NCBI RefSeq assembly: GCF_009914755.1
Contig: NC_060947.1
DNA from: the human T2T-CHM13v2.0 reference genome, Homo sapiens
Reading direction: 5' to 3' (one strand)
DNA: 64,000 bases
Shown: positions 15,077 through 27,206 of the stretch, one piece after another
Layout of the letters: every line of letters starts with the position of its first letter
How positions within the stretch are numbered: position 1 is the stretch's first letter
Program-made: the position numbers and the translations under genes
Notes under the pieces: generated by a model
Seen by the model: only the letters and a program-made list of their open reading frames with translations
What the model was told of the DNA's origin: nothing
Database searches by the model: none

Positions 15077-18000
15077 TTTTACATTTTGTTGTGTTGAGAC
15101 TTTATTTTTAGAGCAGTTTTAGGTTTATAGACAAAATGAACAGAAAGTACAGAGAGTTATTATATACTCCAACTCCCCCACACATACATTATTTTTCTAT
15201 TTTTAGCATCTGGCGTTAGTGTGGTACATTTTTTAGAGTAGATGAACCAATTAGAACATATTGCATTTTTTTCAAAATTCATTTTACTGTGGTAAGTACA
15301 CAACATGAGATCTATCCTGTTAAATTTTTAAGCACAAAATAGTTTTGTTAACTATTGGTACAATGTTGCTTAGCTGACTTTTAGAATTTATTCATTTTGT
15401 ATGACTTTCTGTATGTTTATTAACAACTCCCAACTCTCCATTTCTCCTACTCCCTGCTCCTGGCAACCACTATTCATTCCACTCTGATTCTATGAGTTTG
15501 ACTATTTTAAATATCTCCTATAAGTGAAATCATGCAGAATCTGTTTTCATATTCCCGGCTTGTTTTCCTTAACATCATGTTCACAGAATTTATACATGTT
15601 GTCACATATTACAAAATTTTCTAGTTTTGAAGGCTGAATAATATTCCATGCATGTGTGTATGTGTACACACACATACACATACATATATATGTCTTACAT
15701 TTTCTCAACCATCCATGGACATTTGGATTGTTACTGCATCTGGACCATCATGATTAGTGCTGCAGTGAACATGGGAGTACTAACGCCTCTTCAACATTCT
15801 GATTTCAGTTCTTTTAGAGAATTAACTAAAAATTAGTTTGCTAAATCATATCGCACGTATATTTTCATTTTCTTTTTGAGGAATGACCATAATGTGTTCC
15901 ATAGCAGCTGCACCATTTGGCATTCCTAGCAATGGTGTAGAAGGGTGGCAACATCCCCACATCTTCACCAGTATTTTTTGTCTTTTTGAAGATAGCTATC
16001 CTGACAGGTTGAGGCAGTATCATTGTGGTTTTGATTTGCATTTCTCTGATGATTAGTGACTTTGAGCATCTTGTCATAAACCTGTTCGTCATTTGTATGT
16101 CTTATTTGGATAAACGTCTGTTAAAAGTCTTTAACCCATTTTAAAAATTGGGTGATTAGCTTTTTTTTGCTGTTGAGTTGTAGGAGTTCCTTATATGTTT
16201 TGGAAATTAAACCCTTATCAGATATATTGTTTGCAAATTTTTTTTTCCTATTCTTTAGGTTGCCTTTTCAATCTGTTGATAATTTCCTCTGCAATGCAGA
16301 AGCTTTTAGTTTAATGATATCCCAATTGTTTATTTTGCTTTTTTTGCCTACGCTTTTGGTTTCATGTGCATAAAATCATTGCTAAGATTAATGTCATGAT
16401 GCTTTTTCACTGTTTTCTTCTTGTAGATTTCTAATTTGAGGTTTTACACTTAAGTCTTTAATTCATTTTTAGTTGATTTTTTTGTGTGTGGTGTAAGTTA
16501 AGGGTCCAATTTCATTCTTTTGCGTGTGTATATCCAGTTTTCCCAACAACATTTATTAAAGAGACTATTCTCTCCCAATTGTGTATCCTATACTGTTTTA
16601 ATTAACATAGCCGTGTAATATATATTGCTAATCAGGAAGTGTGATGCCTCCAGTTTCATTATTTTTTCTCTCGAGTGGTTTGGCTTTCTGGTGTTTTATT
16701 GTGGCTCCATATAAACTTTGGGTTTTTTTTTTTCTATTTCTGTGAAGAATGTCATTAAGATTTTGATAGAGATTGCATAGAATCTTTAGATAGCTTTGGG
16801 TAGTATGGTTGTTTTAACAACATTAAGTCTGCCAATCCATGAATGTAGAATATCTCTTTACTTGTTTGTGTCTCTTTCAATTTCTTTCATCAATGTTTTA
16901 TAGATTTCAACGTACCAGTCTTCCACCTACTTACTTTACTCATAATTATTTTGTTCTTTTTGATGCTATTGTAAATGTGGTTCTTTTCCTGATTTCCATT
17001 TCAGATAATTCATTGTTAGTGTATAGAAATGCAACTAATTTTTACTCATTGATTTTATATCCTGGAACTTTACTGAATTTGTTTATTAGTTTTACTAGGT
17101 TTTTATGGAGTTTTTGGAGTTTTCTATATAGAAGGTAGAAGATTATGCCATTTGTAAACAGGGAGAATTTCACTTCTTCCTTTCTCATCTGGATGATTTT
17201 TACTTCTTGATCTTGCCTGATTTCTCTGGTTAGAACTTCCAGTACTATGTTGACAAATGGTGAGATTGGGCATCCTGCCTATTTCCTGTTCTTAGAGGAA
17301 AAGACTTAAGATTTTCCTATTGAGTATGATGTTAGCTGTGGGCTTGTTATATATGAACTTTTCTGTTAAAGTCATTTATTTCTATTCTTAGTTCATTGAG
17401 AGGTTTTTGTCTTCTGGTTGTAAAAAGATGTCACATTTTGTTTAAAGATTTTTATGTATCTATTGAAATGATCTTGTGGCTTTTATTCTTTACTCTGTTA
17501 ATGTGGTATATCCCATTATTTTATTTTTATATAGTGAATCATCCTTGCATTCCAAAGTTAAATCTCACTTGGCTATGGTGTATGATCCTTTTAATGTGCT
17601 GTTGGGTTTAGTTTGCTAGTATAATATTGGAGGATTTTGGAATCCATATTTATCATTAATTTTGGACTGTAATTTTCTTTTCTTCCGATGCCTTTGACTA
17701 GCTTTTTTATCAGGATAATACTCACCTCAAAAAATGAATTTGGAAGTGTTCATTCCACTTCAGGTTTTTGGAAGATTTTGATAATATTTGATGTTAATTC
17801 TCATCTACGTGTATATTAGAATTCACCAGTAAAGTCACCAGGTTCTGGAAGTTTCCTTGTTGGGAGGTTTGGATTACTAATTCAATCTCCTTGCTGTTTA
17901 TAGGTCTGTTGAAAATTTATATTTCTTTTCATGGTTTGATCTTAGTAGGTTGGGTGTTTCTAGGAATGTATCCATTGATTTTTTTTTTTCTAGGCTATCC

Positions 18001-20090
18001 AATTTGCTGGCATATAATCATTCATAGTAGTCTGTTATTATCATTTTTATGTCTATGGGTTCAGTTTTGTCTTCTTTTCATTTCTGAATTTATTTATTTG
18101 AATTTCCTCTCATTTTTTTAGTTTAGCAAAAATATTGTCAATTTTATTTCTTTTCAGAAAACTACCTCTTAATTTTGTTGATTTTTTTTTCAATTGTTTT
18201 TCTATGCTCTATTTCATTTATTTATTCTCTAATATTTATTATTTCCTTCTTTCTGCTAATTTTGGGTTGAATTTATTCTTTTACTAGTTTCATGAGGTAT
18301 AGAGTTTGGTTGTTGATTTGAGATCTGTTTTATTTTTAAACGTAGGCATTTACTGCTATAATCTTCCCTTTTACTACTGCTTTTGCTGAATCCTATAAGT
18401 TAGGGTATCATGTATTTTTGTTTTCATTTGTCTCAACATTTTTTAAATTTTTTTTATTTCTTCTTTGACCCATGGTTGATCAAATGAGTTGTTTAATTTC
18501 CACATATTTGTGAAGTTTCTAGTTTTCCTTCTGCTATGGATTTCTAGTTCTGTTCCTTTTGTGGTCACAAAAGATATTTGGTATGGTTTCAATCTTATTT
18601 TTTATGTCTTGTTTTGCGACCTAACATGTGATTTATCTTGCAGAGTGTACCATGTCTGCTTAAGAAGAATGTATATTCTGTTACTTTTTTGTGGAATGAT
18701 CTGTATAGGTCTGTCACATCCATTTGAACTATAGTGTTATTCATAGCCACTATTCCTTTGTTGATTTTCTGTCTGGTTGTTCTGTTCATTATTTGAAAGC
18801 TTTTATTAATACTATTGTTGTATTACTGGCTACTTATCCCTTCCATGCTGTAAATGTTTGCTTTATATATTTAAATGCTTTAACGTTAGCCACATATATA
18901 TTTATAATCATTATGTATTCCTTGTGTATTTACACTTTTGTCATTACATATTAGTAATGTCCTTCTTTGTCTCTTGTGACAACTTTTTACATAAAATCTA
19001 TTTTTCCTGATACAAGTATTGCCACCTTTGCTTTTTTGGGTATTATTTGCCTGTAATATTTTTTCTTTATTCTTCCGCTTTCAGCTTATATGAATCATTA
19101 AGTATAAAGCGAGTTTCTTATACACAGAATATAGTCATATCTTGTTTTTTTGTTTCATTCATTCACTCTATGTATGCTGCAAAATCCACTGATGGTTTTA
19201 TGGGGATTTCCTTGTACACTTTCCTATCATTGTATTTTAAGTGTATGTTGTATATTCTGGATATAAGTACTTTGTCAGATATGTAACTCATAAACATTTT
19301 AACCTGGTCTATGATTGTCTTTTCATGCTTTTAACAGTCTCTTTCACAAAGTACTTTTTTATAGTTTTAATGAAATCCAACTTATCAATTATATCAACAT
19401 ATCTAAAAACTTATCACCAAACCCCAAATGTAAGATTTTCTTACATTTACCTTTGAAGAGGTTAAAGCTTTGTGCTTTATATTTAGGTCTATGATCCATT
19501 TTGAGTCAATTCCTTAATGTGTAAGGCCTGTGTCACATTCAGTATTTTGTATGTGGATATGCATTTGTTTCAGGATCATATGTTGAAAAATCTTTCCTCA
19601 GTTTAAGGATAGTTGTCTGTTTAGAATTGCATTTATTCCTTTGTTAAAGATAAATTTACTATATTTGTCTGGGTCTGTTTTTGTACTCTCCATTCTGTTT
19701 TGTTGATTTATTTGTCTGTTGTTTGCTAATACCATACTCTCTTGGTTATCATGCTCTTATAGTAATTACTGAAGTTGGGTAGTATTAACCCTTCAACTTA
19801 GTGCCTCTTCTTCAATATTGTTTTGGCTATTCTGTTTTTTTTTTATGTTTTTGCCTTTCAATATAAATTTTAGAATGAATTTATCAATTGATTTATCAAT
19901 TGGATACAAAGTAACTTGGTGAGATTTTATTGAGATTGCATTCAATCTATAGATTAATTTGGAAAGAACTGACAATTTAACAATATTTAGTCTTCTTATC
20001 TGTAAACATGAGATAGCTGTCCAATTATTTAGATCTTCAATTGTTTCATCAGTGTTTTGTGGTTTTACTTATATAGAACTTGTGCATCTT

Positions 20091-20093
<3 letters not shown>

Positions 20094-20138
<45 letters not shown>
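20094..20138. repeat. (CA)n microsatellite
   Basis: About 22 perfect CA units. Confidence 0.98.
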
Positions 20139-20139
<1 letters not shown>

Positions 20140-20260
20140 GGTCTTGCTCTATCACTCTGGACAGTGGTTGGAAAGGAGTGGCATGATCATGACTCACTGC
20201 AGTCTCAACCTCCTGGGCTCAAGCAATCCCCTTGCCTTAGCCTCCTGAGTGGGACTACAA
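20139..20260 (-). mobile_element. AluJ-type right-arm fragment
   Basis: gatcatgactcactgcagtctcaacctcctgggctcaagcaatcc. Confidence 0.8.
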
Positions 20261-21738
20261 GAGACTTTTGTATATTATCCTTCTATTCTGCAACCTTGCC
20301 ATGATTGTTTATTAGTTCTAAGAGGTGTTTTGTTTGTTTGTTTTGGTTTGTTTGCTTTGGAGTGTTTTTTATGATTGCTTAGTATTTTTCATGTAGGAAG
20401 TTATGTCATCTGTTAACAAAGGCAGTTTAATTTAGTTATTCCAAGTCTGTATACCTTTTATTTACATTTCCTGTTTTCTGTTTCATCAGCTGGGACTTCT
20501 AGTATAATATTGAATAGGAGTGGTGATAGTGGACATCCTTGCCTTATTCCTGATCATAAGAAAAAATAATCTAGTTTCTCACCGTTAACTGTGATGTTAG
20601 CTGTAAGTTTCTTGCAGATGTTCTTTATCAAATAGAGAAAGTTCTCTTTCTAGTTTGCTGAATGATTTTTATCACGACTAAGTGTTGCATCTTTCTCAAA
20701 TACTTTGTCTGCATCTGTTCGTATGATCATATGGTTTTTCTTCTTTAGCCTATTGATGAAATTATGTTAATTTATTTCTGAGTGTTGCACCAGTCTTGCA
20801 TACCTGAGATAACTGCCACTTGGTAATAGTGTATATTTCTTTTTTTATAGTGATATATTTAATTTAGTAATATTTTTGAGGACTTTTACATTCATGTTCA
20901 TGAGAGATATTGGTCTGTGCTTTTCTTTTACTTGCAATGTGTTTGTTTGGGTGAGAGTAATGTTAGCCTCATAGAAAGAGTTCTATTTTCTGCTTCTATC
21001 TTCTGGAAGAGGTTGAAGATAATTGGTCTAATTTCTTCCTCAAAAGACTGGTAGAATTCATCAGTGAAGCCATCTGGACCTGTTGCTTTTTGTTTTATAA
21101 AGTTACTAATTATTGGTTTAATTTCATATATATATATATATATTCATTAAGATTATTTATTTCTCCTTGTATGACTTTAGATAGATTGTGTCTTTAGAGG
21201 AATTGGTCCATTTTATCTAAATTCTAAAACTTGTGAATATAGAGTTGTTCATAGTGTCCCTTTATTATTCTTTTAATATTTATAGGATTTGTAGTGATGG
21301 CTCTCCTTTCATTTGTAATATTAGTGATTTGTAGTAATTTATGTCTTCACTCTTATTATTTTTTTGGTGAGCCTTACTAGAGGTTAATCCATTTTCAAAG
21401 AATCAGTTTTCAGTGAGATGTGTCTTTGGGCTGTGCCTTTCACAGGTGCTTCTCAGCTTTCCTCTCTTCACTCCTTAGGTAATACAGGAAGGCTATAGAG
21501 AACTAGAGTTTGGTATTTACCTTCTACCAGATGGGTTAGCCTGTAGTCAAAATCTAGTTCAGGTTAGGCTCTGGTAAAATACTTTTCCTTGAGGCCAGGC
21601 CTTTGTTAAGAAGTATCCAACACTCTGGACAAATTTCAAGTGTTTATTTTTTCCCTTCCCCTGCTGAAAGCTTGAGGGAATTTTCCTCTGAAATGTCAAA
21701 CTCTTTACATTTTGGACTAGAAACTAGAAAACCTCTAG

Positions 21739-21774
21739 GAGCTTTTGATGCACACTTGATTTTGAGAAGTACTG
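21739..21774 (+). mobile_element. MER5A right end
   Basis: tgatgcacacttgattttgagaagtactg; 8-bp flanks gtctaaag/gcctatag fit a hAT TSD. Confidence 0.7.
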
Positions 21775-22967
21775 GCCTATAGGATACATTCTAAACTCTT
21801 TACCATGAATTCTAGGTTTGAATTAATCTGTCTCCACCAAGTTTCTAATGTTATTTTCTGTATTCTGCTCTCTCTATATTTTCTATTATTTTAAAAATAT
21901 TTTTATATTCATTCCTATATTTTATCCTTCCCACTTTTTCCTTCTATCCCTTTGCCATTTGACTATAATGCTCTTTTCTTTCTCTCTTTCTCTACCTCTC
22001 CTATCTTTTTTTTGTCTCTTTCTCCGTGTGTATATATACACACACATATATATACACACATATATGTATATATAAAATCTCTAATGTGTATATATGTGTG
22101 TGTATAATCTCTAGTCTATAAAGATATCAATAATTCTTTTTCTTCAACACATATTTTAAGCGTTTATTAAGTAGCAGTAGAGGATAGAAGGAAAAAGAAA
22201 ATATTTTTGCCGCTTTCCAGGAATTTATTAACCACCACGGGAGATAAAAACATCTATACAATTCCATGCCTTACATTTCACAGAAGTAAAAGTTTAGACA
22301 CCAGTATAGTGTTTGTTTTTATACATACCTGTAGGGAAAAAAAACAAATGCCTAAATCATTTTCTAAGACCTATTTTGTTATTCTTGAAGTGCAACCCAA
22401 CCAGTGTCATTGAAAATCATAAGCTACATAAACATCATATTTTATATTTTACATATGAACTATCTCATTTACAGAAAATAACTGCCTCTAGTGAAACGAC
22501 TCAACTCTTTTCATTTAACCTTCTCATTAATTATTTTTAAATATTTTTCAAAATTATTTGGAATGTGCTAATTTGTAAGCCTATACATTGTAGGAAAGCA
22601 GTTTTTAATCACAAAACAGAGGTATCTAAATAAAGTTGCAGAAGATAGCTTCTCTGGTAATGATCAAGCAGAAATTTGATTTGTCACTGCATTCTACTAA
22701 AGTACCTTGAAGGAGAAAAGGCACCCGTAAGTATTTCCACAAAGCAGCCAAGTTGCCTCAAGATTGTGGCTTAGAGCATTACATGGTATCCCGCTGAAAT
22801 GTGGCATCAATTGTTTTCAATTCCAAATGATTGCGGTTTTAACTCTGCTCGTAGTTGGAGACACAGAAACTATAGAAAAGTCAGAAGACCCTCTTTAGAT
22901 TTATCACCTTGCATAATGATGGTGTACTTGTAATTTACTCACTCATTCAAAAATACTGTAGTGCTAA

Positions 22968-23411
22968 TGTGATGGTTAACACTGAGTGTCAACTTGACTG
23001 GATTGAGGGATGCAAAGTATTAATCCTGGGTGTGTCTGTGTGGATGTTTCCAAAAGAGATTAACATTTGAGTCAGTGGGCTGGGGAAGGCAGATCCACCC
23101 TTAATCTGGTGGGCACAATCTAATCAGCTTCCAGCGAATATGAAGCAGGTGGAAAAACCTGAAAAGGAGAGACAGACCTAGCCTCCCAGTCTGCACCTTT
23201 ATTCCATTCTGGATGTGTCCTGCCCTCGACCATCAGACTCCAAGTTCTTCAGTTTTGGTACTCGGACTGGCTCTCCTTGCTCCTCAGCTTGCATACAGTC
23301 ATTGTGGGACCTTGTGATGGTGTAAGTTAATACTTAATAAACTTCCCTTTATATACACGTATATATATATCCTATTAGTTCTATCCCTCTAAGAGGACCC
23401 TGACTAATACA
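22968..23411 (+). mobile_element. MLT2A (likely MLT2A2) ERVL solo LTR
   Basis: tgtgatggttaacactgagtgtcaacttg ... ccctgactaataca; AATAAA at about 23336. Confidence 0.92.
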
Positions 23412-23529
23412 AATTTCTAGACAAATAGTTTCTGTTGTCATGTGGAAAGCAAAGAAATACCTTCAATGGGAAGTAGAAAACTTCCAGTGAAGCTTTTGAT
23501 GTTAATTACACCTGAAGCATCCACTAACA

Positions 23530-23680
23530 CAGTACTTCCCATACTTTATTGTACATAGGTATGACTTGAGACCTTGTTAAAATGCACATTATGATGCACT
23601 TTGGGCATGGCCGAAGATTCCTCATTTCTATAAGGTTCCTAGTTAATGCTGCTGCTTAATTAACTGTGACTAGCAAGACT
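23530..23680. mobile_element. Degenerate MER5-type DNA transposon
   Basis: ccttgttaaaatgcacatt...gattcctcatttctataaggttcc...aatgctgctg. Confidence 0.55.
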
Positions 23681-25129
23681 CTAGTATATGGTAAGCTTTC
23701 TAAAAGAAGAGGCTGTATCTTACTTGTGTTTGCCCTTAAGCCTAGAGATATTTTGCTTACTTTTATTTATCACATCTATCTATCTCTCTAACTTCTAAAA
23801 GTTATTCAACGCTGTTCATAGAGAAATATCAGATATTTTAAAATAAGTTAAATTAAAAGAAACACGGAAATCAGGGCAAAAGGAAAAAGTAAGATTAAGG
23901 AATTTGTTAAATTTAGTTTTCTACTAGAAGCGAACCTACGTTGTGGCTCCGAACATTGATGCCCTTATGTCCTGGGCACAGTCTTGGTTTATGCCCATTG
24001 CATCAATGTAATTATTGATAAAAACATTTACTAGTCTAGGTTAAACGGAACAAGCGGATACCCTACTGTTAGCCCTGGTAAATAACTCTTAACCTGGAAA
24101 AACAATGCCTTACATTGATTAATGAGCAGTGTAATGTATGGATGGAAAGAGTCTTTAAGCAAATGCCCAGATATTGGAAAGAAAAGATCAGGATTCTATG
24201 ATATTCTTAAAACAGTTATTAATTTTACCACTGTGAATATTGATGGCACATTAGACCTTAAAACTATAGTTATTTTACATATATAGGCAATGAATGTTTT
24301 TAAAAATATTATATATCAATAAAATATCTTGATTTTTTTAAACTATAAATTATTTTATAATATACATTATGATATTTATATATAAGTTCTTATCTTTAGG
24401 ATTCTTGAGAATTAACATTTTAGAAAGAAAATATCTAGATGCAAATCTAGATATATAGGATGACTATTAATCTTACATTCCCTAAAGGGACCCACAAAAA
24501 TAATGAGGGGCTTTCTCTTAGATGGATGACTTTTCATTTTGCAATTAAAAAGGGTGAGAAGGCCCTTCATCAAACTTTTATTTAGGGCAAAATAGGTGTC
24601 ATGAAAGAACTTAAGGCCATTACTAATTAATAATATAAAGTAACAAAGCAGAAAAAAATAACCTTTCATAGATTTCCTGTAGGTTTTAAGCAGCTTCATT
24701 GATTAGATCTTGATAGTAGTAAGAATTCTAAGAAATACATAAGATAATTTAGAGTATGTTCAGATATTTATACTTATTATTTTTATATGCATAATTGTAT
24801 TTGAAATTATATATAATTTAATTTCTTATTTTAGAAATAAGACTCTTTTCAACAAAAAACTTAAAATTTGCAATTATTAAATCTCTGCTGATGGCACTGC
24901 CCATAAAAAAGTTGTGTTTGCTAACCTAAGAGAAATTTACCTAATAAAATAATTTAATTGCAGAGATTGTCCTTGTTCTAAAATAAATAACATCTTCCTA
25001 AACATCTTACTAAAAGATCTCTTTCAAATCTGCTGGACTGTGTTGGATGCATCTATAGTGGACTTCCTTCAAGCCTGTCTTTCTTTTAATTTTAAATACA
25101 TTTTCAATTTAAATAAAATGACCATATTC

Positions 25130-25790
25130 TATTTAAATTACTTGTTTAACTGTGTAACTTCCTCACCAGACTATTCATTCTATGAGAATAGCAGATGTGT
25201 CTTTCTTGTCTTTTTGATATCCAGCCCCTAGCATGGTACTCTGCATATAATAGAGGCTCAGTAAATAACTGTATATAAAGCAAAAGTTGATAAAGTTTTA
25301 GACATTTTGTATAGTAAAAACATAATCCAAACTATAGTTAAATTATTGTGATACAGAAAGTGGTAGATGACAGCAAAGTTATTTACCATCTAATCTGAAT
25401 TTACAAAATATTAAAATAATGATTAATTTGTACAAAAATGTGATTGCAAGTGTAATATTGCTTTAGTCTATGTAACTATATGCTCCTTTGTTCCTTGCAA
25501 TTTTTCAACATTTTCTATTGCTTCCTTTCATTGTTCATCCTCTTTCTTCAAGTCTCAATTTAAAGGTCATGTCTTCAGGGCAACCATTCCTGACTACAGT
25601 ATTTTTGTGTGTTTCAATACTGTATTTATTTCCTTTATGGCTGTTATCACAAAATCCAGTTTTCTTCTTTATTGGTTTATTATCTATTTTCCTTCTATTA
25701 AATTCCATGTGAGCAGTGACATTGCCAGTTTTTACCATTGTATTCTTAACTCCTAGGAGATTGCCCAACAATTTAATGACAGAATTAATG
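25130..25790 (+). mobile_element. Two LINE-2 3' fragments (~25130-25270 and ~25480-25790)
   Basis: ccctagcatggtactctgcatataatagaggctcagtaaata; tcttcagggcaaccattcctgac. Confidence 0.65.
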
Positions 25791-25837
25791 GATGGATGGA
25801 TGGATGGATGGATGGATGGATGGATGAATGGATGGAT
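25788..25837. repeat. (TGGA)n microsatellite at L2 tail
   Basis: About 12 GGAT units. Confidence 0.95.
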
Positions 25838-26695
25838 ATACAAATTCAGAGATGTGACAGTAAGTTCAGCAAAACACATGTTCATGAAAACATAGAAAAA
25901 GTAAATAAGATAAAGCTATTCTGTTTCCCACAAAATAATTCCTGATGTATTTTTATGCTTGGATACACAAGCTACTGCTTGAGTCTAAAATTTATCAAAT
26001 TCATATATTAGTAATCTAGGATCATACATCGTTGTTAAGCTATGTGTTTCTTAAGATCTACCTCTAATTTGACCATAGGCAATGAGGTTTTGGTGCTTTA
26101 AAAGCCTACTCTTGCTATAAAAGGGAATTTATCATTTTAAATTTTACTTTGTTAGAAATCACTTAAAATAATTAAACACAGTTTTTTAGTCAGTTTCAAG
26201 ATATAGGACATATTATTTGTACATATGTAAGAATTTTTAATTTGGCATAATAACTTAAGACTTATTCTTTAAAGTGAATATTACATATGCATGGGAGGAG
26301 CTTGAACCTAGAGATATGGTAAAAATATATCAGAGCAATTATATAGCTTATCTTAAGATGACAGTGATTTCAAGGTTAATTCTTAGCCCAACGTATCCAG
26401 ACGATTATTACATTCTGTTCCTCCTTGTGTAGGTCAGTCTGGCTGTTGAAAATGCTTTCTTACTTGATGAATCTTATCAAGTTCACATTGTGGCATTTTC
26501 TCCAGCTTTTAAATAATTTTTTCTCTAATGTGATAAAATGAGAGTAATAAGAATAATGCACAGTTGACCATCTTGAACAAAAAGTGTGGGAATACAGCGT
26601 TTACATAATGGAAAAAGAAGCAGAGAAGATAGGCGCAAATCTCCATGTCAGGGAAAATCTGAGTAGAAAAGAAATGACCTCATTTTTGTCAAGAG

Positions 26696-27031
26696 TTTCC
26701 TTCCTTCCTTCCTTCCTTCCTTCCTTCCTTCCTTCCTTCCTTCCTTCCTTGTCTTTCTCTCTTTCCTTCTTTCTTTTTCTTTTCCTTTCCTTTCATTTCC
26801 TTCCCTTCCCTTTCCCTTCCCTTCCCTTTCCCTTCCTTTCCTTCCTTTCCTTTCTTTCCTTCTTCCCTTCCCTTTCCCTTCCCTTCCCTTCCTTCCTTTT
26901 CTTTCTTTCTCTCCTATCTCTCTCTCTCTCCCTTTCTTTCCTCCTCCTTTGTCTTTTTCTTCCTTCCTTTCTTCCTCTTACCTCTTCCTCCTCTGCCTCT
27001 TCCTTCTCTTACTCCTTTCTTCTGTCTTCCT
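26696..27031. repeat. Long polypyrimidine compound microsatellite (TTCC, TTTC, TTCCC, TC)
   Basis: About 335 nt with very few purines. Confidence 0.95.
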
Positions 27032-27206
27032 AAAAAGAATAGTTTTTGACACAACACTCTGAATTTCTCTAGGGAAATACAGTACATTCATGTTTTAAAT
27101 GTATACCTTATTGGATCATTGATGCCAAGGGACAAGTCAAGTCTACATCATAAAATTGGTAATCTTGTAGAGATCAGATTAATTGAAGTTGCTTTTTATA
27201 AAACTT

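Larger units (their letters stand above)
15077..21730 (-). mobile_element. Compound L1 block: L1MC/MD-type element (3' end ~15080-15270, ORF2 ~19220-21410, 5'UTR-like piece ~21410-21720) with nested L1MA/MB element (~15270-19220)
   Basis: Two distinct L1 3' ends; ORF2 remnants ([18 protein letters not shown]; VLSKLIYRLNAISIK). Confidence 0.8.

Noticed and set aside
22620-22732. Possible exon ending at CCC|GTAAGT
   Set aside because: Weak acceptor, in-frame stops, no independent support
26432-26516. Plus-strand peptide VSLAVENAFLLDESYQVHIVAF resembling kinase subdomain VIb-VII
   Set aside because: Spacing is off, no HRD or DFG, and it ends in a stop; likely chance
26584-27033. 149-aa hydrophobic F/L/S/P ORF resembling a membrane protein
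   Set aside because: Translation of a polypyrimidine microsatellite
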